A stretch of 63,759 bases of DNA, filler included, from Phoronis australis (taxonomy: Eukaryota; Animalia; Phoronida), in NCBI GenBank assembly GCA_002633005.1. It is 7 parts of 7 records of this genome, joined end to end, with 100 filler letters (N's around TTAATTAATTAA, not from the genome) between each part and the next. Parts side by side here need not be neighbours in the genome. Positions count along the whole stretch, not along the records: positions 50,862 to 58,087 come from NMRA01001395.1; positions 58,188 to 60,759 come from NMRA01003595.1; positions 60,860 to 63,759 come from NMRA01003335.1; 4 more parts are not named here. One strand, given 5' to 3'. This document shows positions 53,516-63,759 of this stretch, piece after piece; position 1 is the first letter of the stretch, and every line of letters begins with the position of its first letter. The notes beneath the pieces were generated by a model. It made no database searches and had not been told where the DNA came from. It saw only the letters and a list, made by a program, of their open reading frames with translations. The translations under genes were made by a program, and so were the position numbers.

Positions 53516-56500
53516 GGCTAAATCACAATTAATCAAGTCCATATTCGAGAGTTGACTGTGTTACGGCCTAAAATAATTTTTTTGGTCACTTACCAAATGC
53601 CAACTGAATCTCATATGCAAAGAATGGTTTAGTTGTGCAAATTAAAAAAATCATCAAAATCGGCAATGTTTGAGAAATTTATGTATGTTTTTGTCCATGA
53701 ATTTCATGCATTTTTAGCGTTACGAGTGGCCATTCTGAAAATTACGATTTTCAACTGTCAACATGAGTAGAAAAGAAATTTATTTTATTCAGGAAGCAAT
53801 TGCTTTGATATGACTGGGAGTAACTTGAGTCACTTTCAAAATCACTTAGATGAAGTTGTGCTGAATCATTGAGAAATGGCAGGGTTCATCATAAAACAGG
53901 CACTCGTTACGAAATTAGTAAATTGTGTGTTTCTAACCCTCACCTACTGTAAAGAAGGTTAAAAACTAAAGTTAACACTCTGTAATAAAAAGAACTGCAG
54001 AATATGTTAGCCTAGGCAACACAGCAAATTATTCAATATCTAAACAAACCAAAAGTTAGGATATTGACTGAGTTCTGCTATGTTGCAAATGGGCCAAAAA
54101 GGCTATCAAAATGTAGTGTACGTACCCCCATGTGGAATTCAGTAACACAAATGCTCATTGCAAATGAAATTATTGCCTTTTAAATAACAACATGGTGCTT
54201 ATCATCACCAAAGAAAAATAAATGGCCATACAACGTTATGTTATCAAGTGATGCAGAATTCGTGATGTAGTGTACGTACCCCCTTTTGTAGTGCACGTAC
54301 CCCCTTTTGTAGTGCACGTACCCCCTTTTGTAGTGCACGTACCCCCTTTTGTAGTGCACGTACCCCCTTTTGTAGTGCACGTACCCCCTTTTGTAGTGCA
54401 CGTACCCCCTTTTGTAGTGCACGTACCCCCTTTTGTAGTGCACGTACCCCCTTTTGTAGTGCACGTACCCCCTTTTGTAGTGCACGTACCCCCTTTTGTA
54501 GTGCACGTACCCCCTTTTGTAGTGCACGTACCCCCTTTTGTAGTGTACGTACCCCCTTTTGTAGTGTACGTACCCCCTTTTGTAGTGTACGCACCCCATT
54601 TGTAGTGTACGCACCCCCTTTTGTAGTGTACGCACCCCCTTTTGTAGTGTACGCACCCCCTTTTGTAGTGTACGTACCCCCTTTTGTAGTGTACGTACCC
54701 CCTTTTGAAGTGTACGTACCCCCTTTTGTAGTGTACGTAACCCCTTTTGTAGTGTACGTACCCCCTTTTGTAGTGTACGTACCCCCTTTTGTAGTGTACG
54801 TACTGGCCCCTCTGTTTACAAATGCCTTGAAATTAAAATATCACTTGGTAAGTGAGCAACATTGGTCATAGACAGTTTCCTTCCTTAAAAATGTTGTTAG
54901 GTGAAAAGAGTGTTTATTGCAAATTAATACATTTGTTTTGAGTGAAATGTTAGCATTTTTGTAGTGCACGTACCCCCATATTTTAATTTGTGCCTATTTT
55001 CAAAGTATTGCAGATATGCACATGGCTGCTATGCTTTTTATTTTTTCTCTTTGAACTGATTTAGTAAATCAACTAACTCTCAGTAGATTCTTAGTATTTA
55101 GTTACAAACCTGACATGCCATTGAAATGTAGTGTACGTACCCTTGTGAAGTGTACGTACCCCCATGTGAACAAATACCATGAAAAAAATATTACACGGTA
55201 AGTACGCAACATTTGTCACAGACAATTTCCTCCATTAAAATGCTAGGTTAAAAAGGTGTTGATAACAAATACATTTGTTTTGAGTGAAATATTAGCATTT
55301 GTGTAGTGTACGTACCCCTGTGTAGTGTACGTACCCCTATATTTTAACATGTGCCTGTTTTCAAAGAATGACTAACATACACATTTATGCTGTACTTTTT
55401 TAATAGATTTGGTAAATGAACTAACTCTCAGTAGATTCTAAGTATTTTTTACAAGCCTGACAAGTCATTGAAATGTAGTGTACCGGTACGTTCCCTTGTG
55501 TAGTGTACGTACCTCCAACCTCTGTGCTATAAAGTATTGCCCACAAGTTAGTATTTTTACAAACTGCTCTTCTCATGCACAATACTGATATTTCCAGAAT
55601 GCACCCAGTCTGACAAAAAAAGCACTGGACATTATTAAATTTGTGGGCAATAAAATGCCACACAGGACTTGGCTAGTAACATCCTAGAAGACACGTCATG
55701 TGACAACTGATGTTGCAGAGGCAGGTTCTCTCTCTCTCAGTGCTGTAGTGGGGCGTAGGCGCACGTAGGCGCAGCCAACCACCTCTTGGCATTTGAACGT
55801 AGCGCTTACGCACCGTAAGTTACGTTCAGTGCTCAAGGTGATACGGTCGGCTTGGGCGCCTACTTACCTCTAATTTTTCCACTACAGCACTGCTCTCTCT
55901 CAAGATAACTTGCAACAAAACAACTAGTAGTGGCAGCACAAAACTCGATATCATCCCATACATGCGTAACTTAGTCAAAATTTGACGTTGATTGACTGGG
56001 CGTAGTGTATGTACCCCCAACCAGTACCATTTTTTACTGTTTACAAGTTGAACACTGGGCCTAGCATATTTTGACCAACTGATTAGTGTGTTGAAAACTG
56101 AGCAAATAGCACCCAATAAAGTTTATGAAAAAAGTAGTTACTTGGCATTTTCTTTTTGTAAGAATCATATTGCAAGTGAAGAAGTTCTCATTATACTGCG
56201 TTAAGATATGCAATGTATCATCATCTAGAACAACTTGATCAACACGGTAGTGATTTTTCTTACTTTGGTATACGATACGTCTTTAATTTGATAAAGAACT
56301 TATGAATTTTTGCATGATAGAAGTGGGCTGTGACCACAAGTTGTAGTGTACGTACCCTTTTATACAACTGCAATGCATTAGACCATAAAATTTTATTCGG
56401 TGGTTCTTGTGAAAAAATATTTTAGATTACAAACATGGAATGATGGTACTTTATAACAACCCAGCTTTTTCAGTTATATTACAACCTTCATTTTTCATCA

Positions 56501-56540
56501 AAAGTGGCCACCGAATATGGATCTTGATTGTGATTTGCCC
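53516..56540. mobile_element. DNA transposon inserted in Gypsy pol, containing further nested repeats
   Basis: Imperfect TIR GGCTAAATCACAAT..CCATATTCG / CGAATATGG..ATTGTGATTTGCC. Removing it nearly rejoins pol as ..KDPILSRVY|DFVSHGWP.. Confidence 0.7.
54266..54803. repeat. 21-bp minisatellite (TGTAGTG[C/T]ACGTACCCCCTTT), about 25 copies
   Basis: Near-perfect tandem array visible in the sequence. Confidence 0.97.
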
Positions 56541-58638
56541 GTATACCCTAGAAAGAATTGGGTCCTTACGGGTAGAATCACGGATCTCATATGCCTTTAA
56601 CGGAATAGAGTCATCGGTAACAAAGTGAATCGAGTAAGACTCCACTTTAGACACAGTTTCTGGCTGATCCACGGGAAGACGACTCAATGCATCAGCATTG
56701 GCATTCAGATGTGATCGCTTGTTCACTATCTCAAAATGGTAACCGGGTAACACCAGTGCCCAGCGCTGTAAAAGAGCAGCTCCGATCGTTGGAATTCCGG
56801 CCTTAGGCCCAAAAATGCGAGTAAGCGACTCGTGGTCACTCACAAGTCTTAGAGTGGACATACGACCAAATAAGTACATGTGAAAACGTTTCACACCAAA
56901 AATCAGAGCTAGTCCCTCTTTCTCCACTTGTGCATAGCTCTTTTCTGCAGAACTAAGAGTTCGCGACGCGAATGCAATCGGTTTATCCGAACCATCAGGC
57001 ATCTTGTGGCTTAAAACCGCTCCCACGCCACAGGAACTAGCATCACAGCTTAGAACAAGCGGTCTTCTGGGATCGTAGTGCACTGACACATGATCACTTC
57101 TCGTGGTGATCTCACAAACTAGTGAGCAGGGTATACCACTTAGAAAGTGTGGGTTTTAGGGTCACCGGTGCACACCCTCAGAGGATTTTTCAATTTCCCT
57201 TGATGAAGCATACATTCCAAATTCAAATTTCTGGTGATATGTCTCGTTTTTTGTCCACGAATGTTTATTATGAAATATTCAGTACAATAAATATGCAGGC
57301 CCAGAAAGAGCCAAGTGGCGTTGTATCTAGGTTAAATAAATACAAAGAAATTTATATACAATTATTGTACACAAATACACAAATTAATAAACTGAAGTTA
57401 AGAAGACATGACATATGAAAACGATCATAAATAAATCACTTTCATACATAATTAATTATTTTACATAACGTAGAAAATAAATCTGAAACTAAAAGAAGCG
57501 ATCCAGATCCTCTAAAGGATACAAGTGTTTGACGAAATGTAGAATGCAGTGGCGGATCTACGTTTTCACCAAGGGGGGGTTTAGGATTCCCGCCATGGTC
57601 GAATCTTAGGCGCGTGGCGCCGAGCGTGGGGAGGTCGGGAGGGGGGTTTCCCCTCCCGTGTAAGATATTTTTCTGTTTTTGTGGCCAAAAAGTGAAATTT
57701 CAATGCACCCTGGTAAGTTTCTGGAACTTAACATGTCTCTGGAGTTTTTCTTAAGATAATTAAAAACCCTTCTCGATTTCGTCACATGAACTTGGCACAT
57801 AAGTTTCGTGAAACCATATTGTGCACATCTGGGTATGAGTCACGCCACCAGCAAAAATTTTTGTTGGAACATCTGCTTACACACACCTTTTTTAGCATAC
57901 GAAAAGTAGTATACGAAAAAGTGTGGCGTGTATACAGGGGTTTAGACAATTTCCAAACATTCAAGAGCATAATTAAGGAGCACCGACGGGGCGTAAAAAC
58001 TTGAATATCAGATGATCGCGTAACAGCAGCCTCAAGTTGTTTAAGAACGAAGACCTGTACTGTTAGTCAGGAAATAAACATGTGTTCNNNNNNNNNNNNN
58101 NNNNNNNNNNNNNNNNNNNNNNNNNNNNNNNTTAATTAATTAANNNNNNNNNNNNNNNNNNNNNNNNNNNNNNNNNNNNNNNNNNNNTGTCCGTCGTGTA
58201 AAATTCATAAACGATTTCGAAAAGTTAGAGCATATTTTGTCGCATCTCGGTTGGCGTCGCAGGAGCACATCATACGAACGACCGAAGAATCTTCGGCCAG
58301 CCAGGCTGTTTTCACGACTACGGGTTGAAACATGATGCATTTTTCTTTCCAAAAAGGACATGGCATTCAATCCCTCGATTTTGGGGCCGAATATCGTTCC
58401 CATCCCCCTGTCAACAATATTGAAAAATCACGCGAAATTCCCACGAGTCTTAGGAATTGTTCTAGTGAGTGAAAATTGCTCTCCCGCGAAGTTCAAATCA
58501 CCTGTAGCTACACAGGTGACAATTTGAAAGCAGAGCCTATTAGAGCTTGTAACAGGGCGGGGGTGCTATTGATGGTGATCGCAGGAGGCAGATTTCCCCT
58601 CACTCGGCGAAAGAAATCCCCTCTCAGAAGGCACAGGC

Positions 58639-58752
58639 CACATATTAATAAAGCATAAAAATATTTCCAGGTGACCAGTGCAATGGGCCCACATGCCAGG
58701 CCTGCGCACGTCTGGTATAACGTGTATCAGACCGCCTGCAATTATTTTTTTT
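58639..58752 (+). mobile_element. 5'-truncated copy of the 9676-9925 SINE
   Basis: Near-identical 3' tail (CAGTGCAATGGGCCCACATG...CAGACCGCCTGCAATT) with 10-bp TSD AGGCACAGGC. Confidence 0.85.
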
Positions 58753-60034
58753 AGGCACAGGCATCTTTCCCCTCCGTCAGATGAAGTAGGCCCCTAAAGA
58801 AACACGATATATAACTATGATTGCTTCGTCCAGTTAACTGAAATTGAGCTCTAAAACGAGGTTATGGTTTGGATGAACAAATTAAGTGTTTTAATTTTAA
58901 AATTCAACTTGGTCCAACTTGATATTTGAAATCTAACACCTGAAATAGACTGAGGGGAACGTACGAATTATTAAAACCAAGAAAGCAGAATTGATGGTCA
59001 AATTAATTTTATTTCAATTACGAGCCTTGTTTCTTATTTTAATGAGAATATATTTAATAACATCAATTATTCTGTCAGATCAATGACAAATCTGAACTGT
59101 TAGTCCTGGTAGTCCTTACCTCACCAGGACCAAGGCTATGCTTGATGTTAATATTCTTGATCAACAAATTAAACCACTTGGCAGCAAAATGCGATGAACC
59201 ACCACTGTCGAATATATCTTCAACTCGTCAACAATGCGAGCAGTTGACCTGGTTCGTGTAGAAAGCATTATCAACTATTTACAAGACGAAATGTAACCCT
59301 GCATTCACCATAATACCTAATCCGTAACAAAGTACTACGAACGCCGCAATTTAGTCATGTCTCCTTTTTATATTTCCGAACGAGCCTAGTTTTCCGAAAA
59401 AATATATCTTTTCGCCAGACAACTCTCTGGTGCATTGACTTGTTCTCTAATGTATTTTCTACGACTCAGTGGTTGATTGTCGACACATTTTTAAGATTTA
59501 ATATCCAGGTTGAACTCGAAAGACCAGCCTTTTAACTCACGCAACGTCAACTTCCGTTTTGTTTATCGCAGTGAGCCTCGCTTTGCACTTTAATGTCCGC
59601 CGCGTGAATTAGGTCTATACAGTTTATGGTCGGATTACATTTAGTTGGGTCTTGGTCTCATCGAGCAATGCGGTTATCACAATATTGTACCTTATTCCGG
59701 CGCCGCTATCTCTTTGATCCTGGTACAAGCCGCTCAGAAGGACGAGCGGTGAAAATTCCCGCATATCTTTAAAAATGCGTGACTTCCCTGTAAGCGTATT
59801 ATTCACGGTATGTTCGCAGTAAAGGCACTGAATTCTATGTAATAGCGCGCTTTTAGTGGAGATGGTTTTCCGATGCTTTAAATTTAAAGAGGACAAGAAC
59901 GCGAAAACAGACTAAATTGCATAATTAAGAGTGTTTCTCGGCCATTGAAACAGAATCAAACGTGCTCACCAGGTATTTTTACACTTTGTTAGTTAAGATT
60001 TCAAGTTTCTGTTTGCAATTTTCTTTTACAGGTG

Positions 60035-60690
60035 ATGAGTAGTTATACTTTTCGGCGACCTGTATGTGTTTGCGGACCTAGCTTTCGAGCCCATTCTGGG
60101 CCTTTCGTCAGGGTTCTGGCGGGAGTCTTACTGTCATGATGGTCAACAGTGGGTGGTCCAAGGTCGGGTGGTTCAGTGTCCAATCCTACTTGGTGGCTAT
60201 TACTTGCGAGGAGGCGCTGGCGCTGGTAATTCATATCCACTATCAAACTTCAATTTTGGCTTATTGCTCAGGATGACTTCGGCTGTTGGCGAAACCGCTC
60301 GGAATCTAGGCACCAGACTAAAAGGTCATTACAACTCATCATCTGGCAACCCTACATCCTTAGGAGAGCACGGTATGGACGCATCGCACAACATTTGCAA
60401 ACCTTCAGTTAAAATACTATCTAGAGAAAATGGATGTTGGAATCGTAAAATGGCAGAGAAGCAGTCGAAATCATGAGCAATAAACCAAAATTGAACAGAG
60501 GCAGTGGATATGAAGTACCAGCGCCTCCTCGTAAGTAAGTCACCAGGTGGTGTTGGACAACCACCACGGACCACTAATGACCATGAGACACGAAGACTTC
60601 CGCCAGTACCCCGACGAAGGACCCAGGAAGTGCTCAAAAGCTATGCCCGCAAACACACAGGTCGCCTATAGGTAATATACTCTATCCCCT
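60035..60690 (+). mobile_element. Penelope-like element fragment with inverted pLTR
   Basis: GIY-YIG C-terminus VGETARNLGTRLKGH..SLGEH..H...SVKILSRE..W.RKMAE at 60285-60470. 60040-60283 is a diverged reverse complement of 60460-60690. Confidence 0.85.
60074..60116 (-). ncRNA. Minimal type I hammerhead ribozyme (PLE pLTR)
   Basis: Minus strand GAACC-CTGACGA-AA-GGCCCA-GAA-TGGGCT-C-GAAA-GCTA-GGTCC: conserved core, 6-bp stem II and palindromic stem III. Confidence 0.65.
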
Positions 60691-62379
60691 ACACTATGTA
60701 ACAGAGCCAGCTATGAACACTCATTCTGTCATTTGTCTTTTATTTCAAATTTCAATAAANNNNNNNNNNNNNNNNNNNNNNNNNNNNNNNNNNNNNNNNN
60801 NNNTTAATTAATTAANNNNNNNNNNNNNNNNNNNNNNNNNNNNNNNNNNNNNNNNNNNNAAGTATGCGTGTAATATTGCGTTTATGCATGAATCTCGCGC
60901 TCTCTCGTTCTAAAACGCTGCACTTTGGGGTTTACGTCCACCTAGTGACACATGTAATCACTGCCTGACAATTTGAATTATCTGTAAAATCTCACGAAGT
61001 GAGGATGCTCTATGGTGGACTAATGAAATTTTATTGCATCGTTACAGTGTTCTAATTATGGTTTCGTTTACATACAAATGCAAAGCTTATCAAATACGCG
61101 ACACTACTTGTCGTTAACAATCTTTATTCCATTCTTTTAGCATTCTCAAAATAAAGTTCGACACTCAACAGAACATTGGTTAAGTAATTGACCAAGGCCT
61201 CATATAAATGAGAAAAATCCAATTTTCTTAGCTTCTCATGCAAAAGTGTAATATTTTAAAACAATTGCTATCAGTGTACCGAATGTAATATCAGAAAGTT
61301 TAAAAAGAACATCTATTTCTGGAATAAGATGTTCTCAAGTTGGCCAGTTTTGGACTTTTTTGTAGGTACTACATATTAACTTGAAAGGAAAAATGAGCAG
61401 TTTTGGAAACAATATGTGCTTGAAGTTAGTGAGATTTTACAGTGCGGTGATGTTAGAAGCTCTTAATGCTTTTATCAATAAGGGCATCTTATATTACTGT
61501 TATAAAAATGGAAAATTCTCTGCATCACTTTACAGTTCATAAAACGTACCTTCTACAAGTGCCAGCGATCACAGTCATGGACTCAGTAGTTAATTGCGAC
61601 TATCAAAAATAAGTTCAACTAACTGTAAACGATAACTTTTATTATTGTTTCTGCAGATAGCTGACACATGGTGCCCCCTGTGACCAGCGCATTGTCCATC
61701 TGCCTTGCAAATTTGTCTTGCATTGTTGATTTTCGCAGGCTCCTATTAGAGATGAGAACATTTTACACACAATTAGTTGTGGCATAAGTGGGAAACGTGG
61801 TGAGCCGGGGACAGACGTTCGTACGAGCCACGGAAATAATAAGACAGCCGATGTACCTGTAGCAATACATTTTTTCCACGAAACTCGATAAGTGAACACC
61901 ACGTCCCTTCTTATTTACAGGGCCTGCCCACAGCTAACCCTGTCCAACAAAATCAGACTTCGAAAAAATAATCTGCTGGAGCTCAAGTGAAATGTTAATA
62001 CAAAAGGGTTATAAAAATGCAGTGGCCATGGTTAATTGTAATCTAAAATAAACATCATGCAAATTGCTTCACCCTGCATTATTGTCAATATTTCATTGTG
62101 ATCAGCGACAATAGATTAAAACTTTAAGTAAATCTTTGATACCTTTCATTTCACTTGAAATGGCAATGAGTAATATTTGTTTCCGATGATACAACAAAAA
62201 AACGCCGACTGAAGTATTGATATTTATATTAAGCATGAAATCAAACTAAACAGAGTACAAAAGAAAGATCAGTTGCAGACACACTGTACATCAAACAGTT
62301 AAGTTACTAAGAGTGCCACGTCTTCCACTTCACGAGTTCAACATGCCTCAGATTGATGCCTACCATCGCGCAGTATTGA

Positions 62380-63698
62380 TTAACCATTCAACAAGCCCGC
62401 CCTTTCGGCTTCAGAGTATGAAGGCCCATTGTTGCCCTTGTCCTCAGGAGCCAGTTTAATCAAGTCGTCGATACGTAGGATTGTAATGGCAGCTTCAGTG
62501 GCAAACTTGAAGCTCTTTATCTTGGACACTGCTGGTTCGAAGACTCCGGCCTTCTTGTTGTCTCTCACCACACCCTGGACTAGATCAAGACCATACCTGC
62601 AACAAACACCATGAAAATGACAATAGATGGGATGTCAAAATTTGTAACTTCAAAAAAATGTGAAACAAGCATGGGACCATTGAACACACCAAAAATTTTG
62701 AGCTCTATTCTGGACACAGTCCAATCATGGAAAACTTGCATGGGGTCACTTGCATCATTTCAACACTTGAATTATTTCTTCTGACAAACGCAAAATCAAA
62801 ATGAGACTTACCATTGAAGTACACGCCACTCATTATTCGCCCCGCTGTAACCTCCTTCTTACTACGTAAAAGATCAGCTGTACAGCAGGTCATATTCAAA
62901 AGAATATCCAGGTCATCATCGTGTGAGCAAATTAAGATAGCATTTTAAAGAAGCACATACCATTTGAGATCCTTGTGGTCAGACTGCGTCTGACTCGCAT
63001 TGTGATAGGCTCTCAGTTTAGCAACTAACTCTGTCGAGTCTTGGGCAGCATTCACACCCAGTTGCTTGGGAATGACCAACAATGACCTAGCAAACTCGGC
63101 TATAGCAAGTTGTTCTCGTGAGCTCTGCAACAGATAAGAAGACTTGGAATATGAAGAACTGAATTTGGAGGACTGATCCTGTTTCTCTTGATTTCACAAC
63201 GTACACTTCTATCAGGTTCTTATACTGAAGACAATTGTTTCTAAAAGAGACACCTTTTAACTTCAGACACCCTTCAACTCACCATTTCATCAGAGAGCTC
63301 TATGCCAGATTAGTAAACAGCTGTTAAAAGCAAGCCGTGCAAAGAATACAAAATGAACATCTGTTGTAACTCTCTCCAGAAGCATTTTACAGAATTCCAC
63401 ACGAGATGCATAAATGCACGACTCTTCGGTTCGTAAACGCAAACAAGTTATGTCCCTTCCCAAACAAGTTATCTCCCTTACCAAACAAGTTATCTATCTT
63501 CTTACCAAAGAAGTGGCAAATGTTTCCAAATAAATAGACAGGGCAGCTTCAACACAGCCACCGCCGGGGACGACAGTCTTCGATTCTAAGACACGCTTTA
63601 CCACACAGAGGGCGTCGTGCACAGAGCGCTCCATCTCGTCTACCATGAAGTCATTGGCACCTCGTAGAATGATAGATGCAGCAGTTCTAGCCTTGGTC
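62380..63698 (-). CDS. TCP1: T-complex protein 1 subunit alpha (CCT1), last three coding exons
   Basis: Exons 63698-63506, 63124-62961 and 62596-62380 (stop). Peptides ASIILRGANDFMVDEMERSVHDALCVVKRVLES, SREQLAIAEFARSLLVIPK and KFATEAAITILRIDDLIKL. Confidence 0.96.
63440..63497. repeat. Short 21-bp tandem repeat (CAAACAAGTTAT..) x3 in a TCP1 intron
   Basis: Seen directly in the sequence. Confidence 0.7.
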
Positions 63699-63759
63699 CT
63701 GCAACGTGTCAAGAAGAAAAGATGTAAGATAGTAGATCACAACTGCAGCATCAGTAGCA

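Larger units (their letters stand above)
51941..57140 (-). mobile_element. Decayed Ty3/Gypsy LTR retrotransposon (K02A2.6-like RNase H and integrase), internally deleted
   Basis: RNase H CDASSCGVGAVLSH..PIAFASRTL..YAQVEKE at 57089-56541 and frameshifted integrase (VSDN, SSNGQAE, YRNTPHS) at 53515-52270. PPT GGAGGGTGAGGAG precedes a TG..CA 3' LTR at 52071-51941. A 5' LTR remnant lies at 57095-57140. Confidence 0.9.

Noticed and set aside
54180-54871. Repetitive ORFs (KRGYVHY)n, (LQKGVRA)n, (VPPFVVH)n and CRISPR-like appearance
   Set aside because: These are translations of a 21-bp minisatellite with no unique spacers and no cas genes. The same applies to the 18085-18388 ORFs.
27994-60859. Gene neighbourhood across the window (RPGRIP1L, 5S, CECR2, TCP1) and the recurring TTAATTAATTAA
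   Set aside because: The motif is an artificial linker within fixed 44-N pads. Scaffolds are concatenated, so adjacency across linkers has no biological meaning.

Overview
Eukaryotic (invertebrate metazoan, probably lophotrochozoan-like) genomic DNA. It is not one locus: seven scaffolds are joined by artificial N44-TTAATTAATTAA-N44 linkers. Scaffold 1 (1-27993) carries an intron-containing Sowah (sosondowah) gene on the minus strand, head-to-head with RPGRIP1L/fantom on the plus strand (17 coding exons traced). Scaffold 2 (28094-37416) is a tandem array of variant 5S rRNA genes with a ~0.9 kb unit. Its spacer holds a conserved antisense module (TATA, short putative exon, 5' splice donor; candidate spliced-leader-type RNA gene), and the array is invaded by an AT-TSD THAP DNA transposon and a MITE. 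Scaffold 3 has a 1.07 kb perfect inverted duplication around a gap and a THAP/Kolobok-like relic. Scaffold 4 has CECR2 exons. Scaffold 5 has a decayed Gypsy element with nested DNA transposons and a 21-bp minisatellite. Scaffold 6 has a Penelope fragment with an inverted pLTR and a hammerhead ribozyme. Scaffold 7 has the last three exons of TCP1/CCT-alpha. Homology calls come from recalled family sequences, not from database searches.
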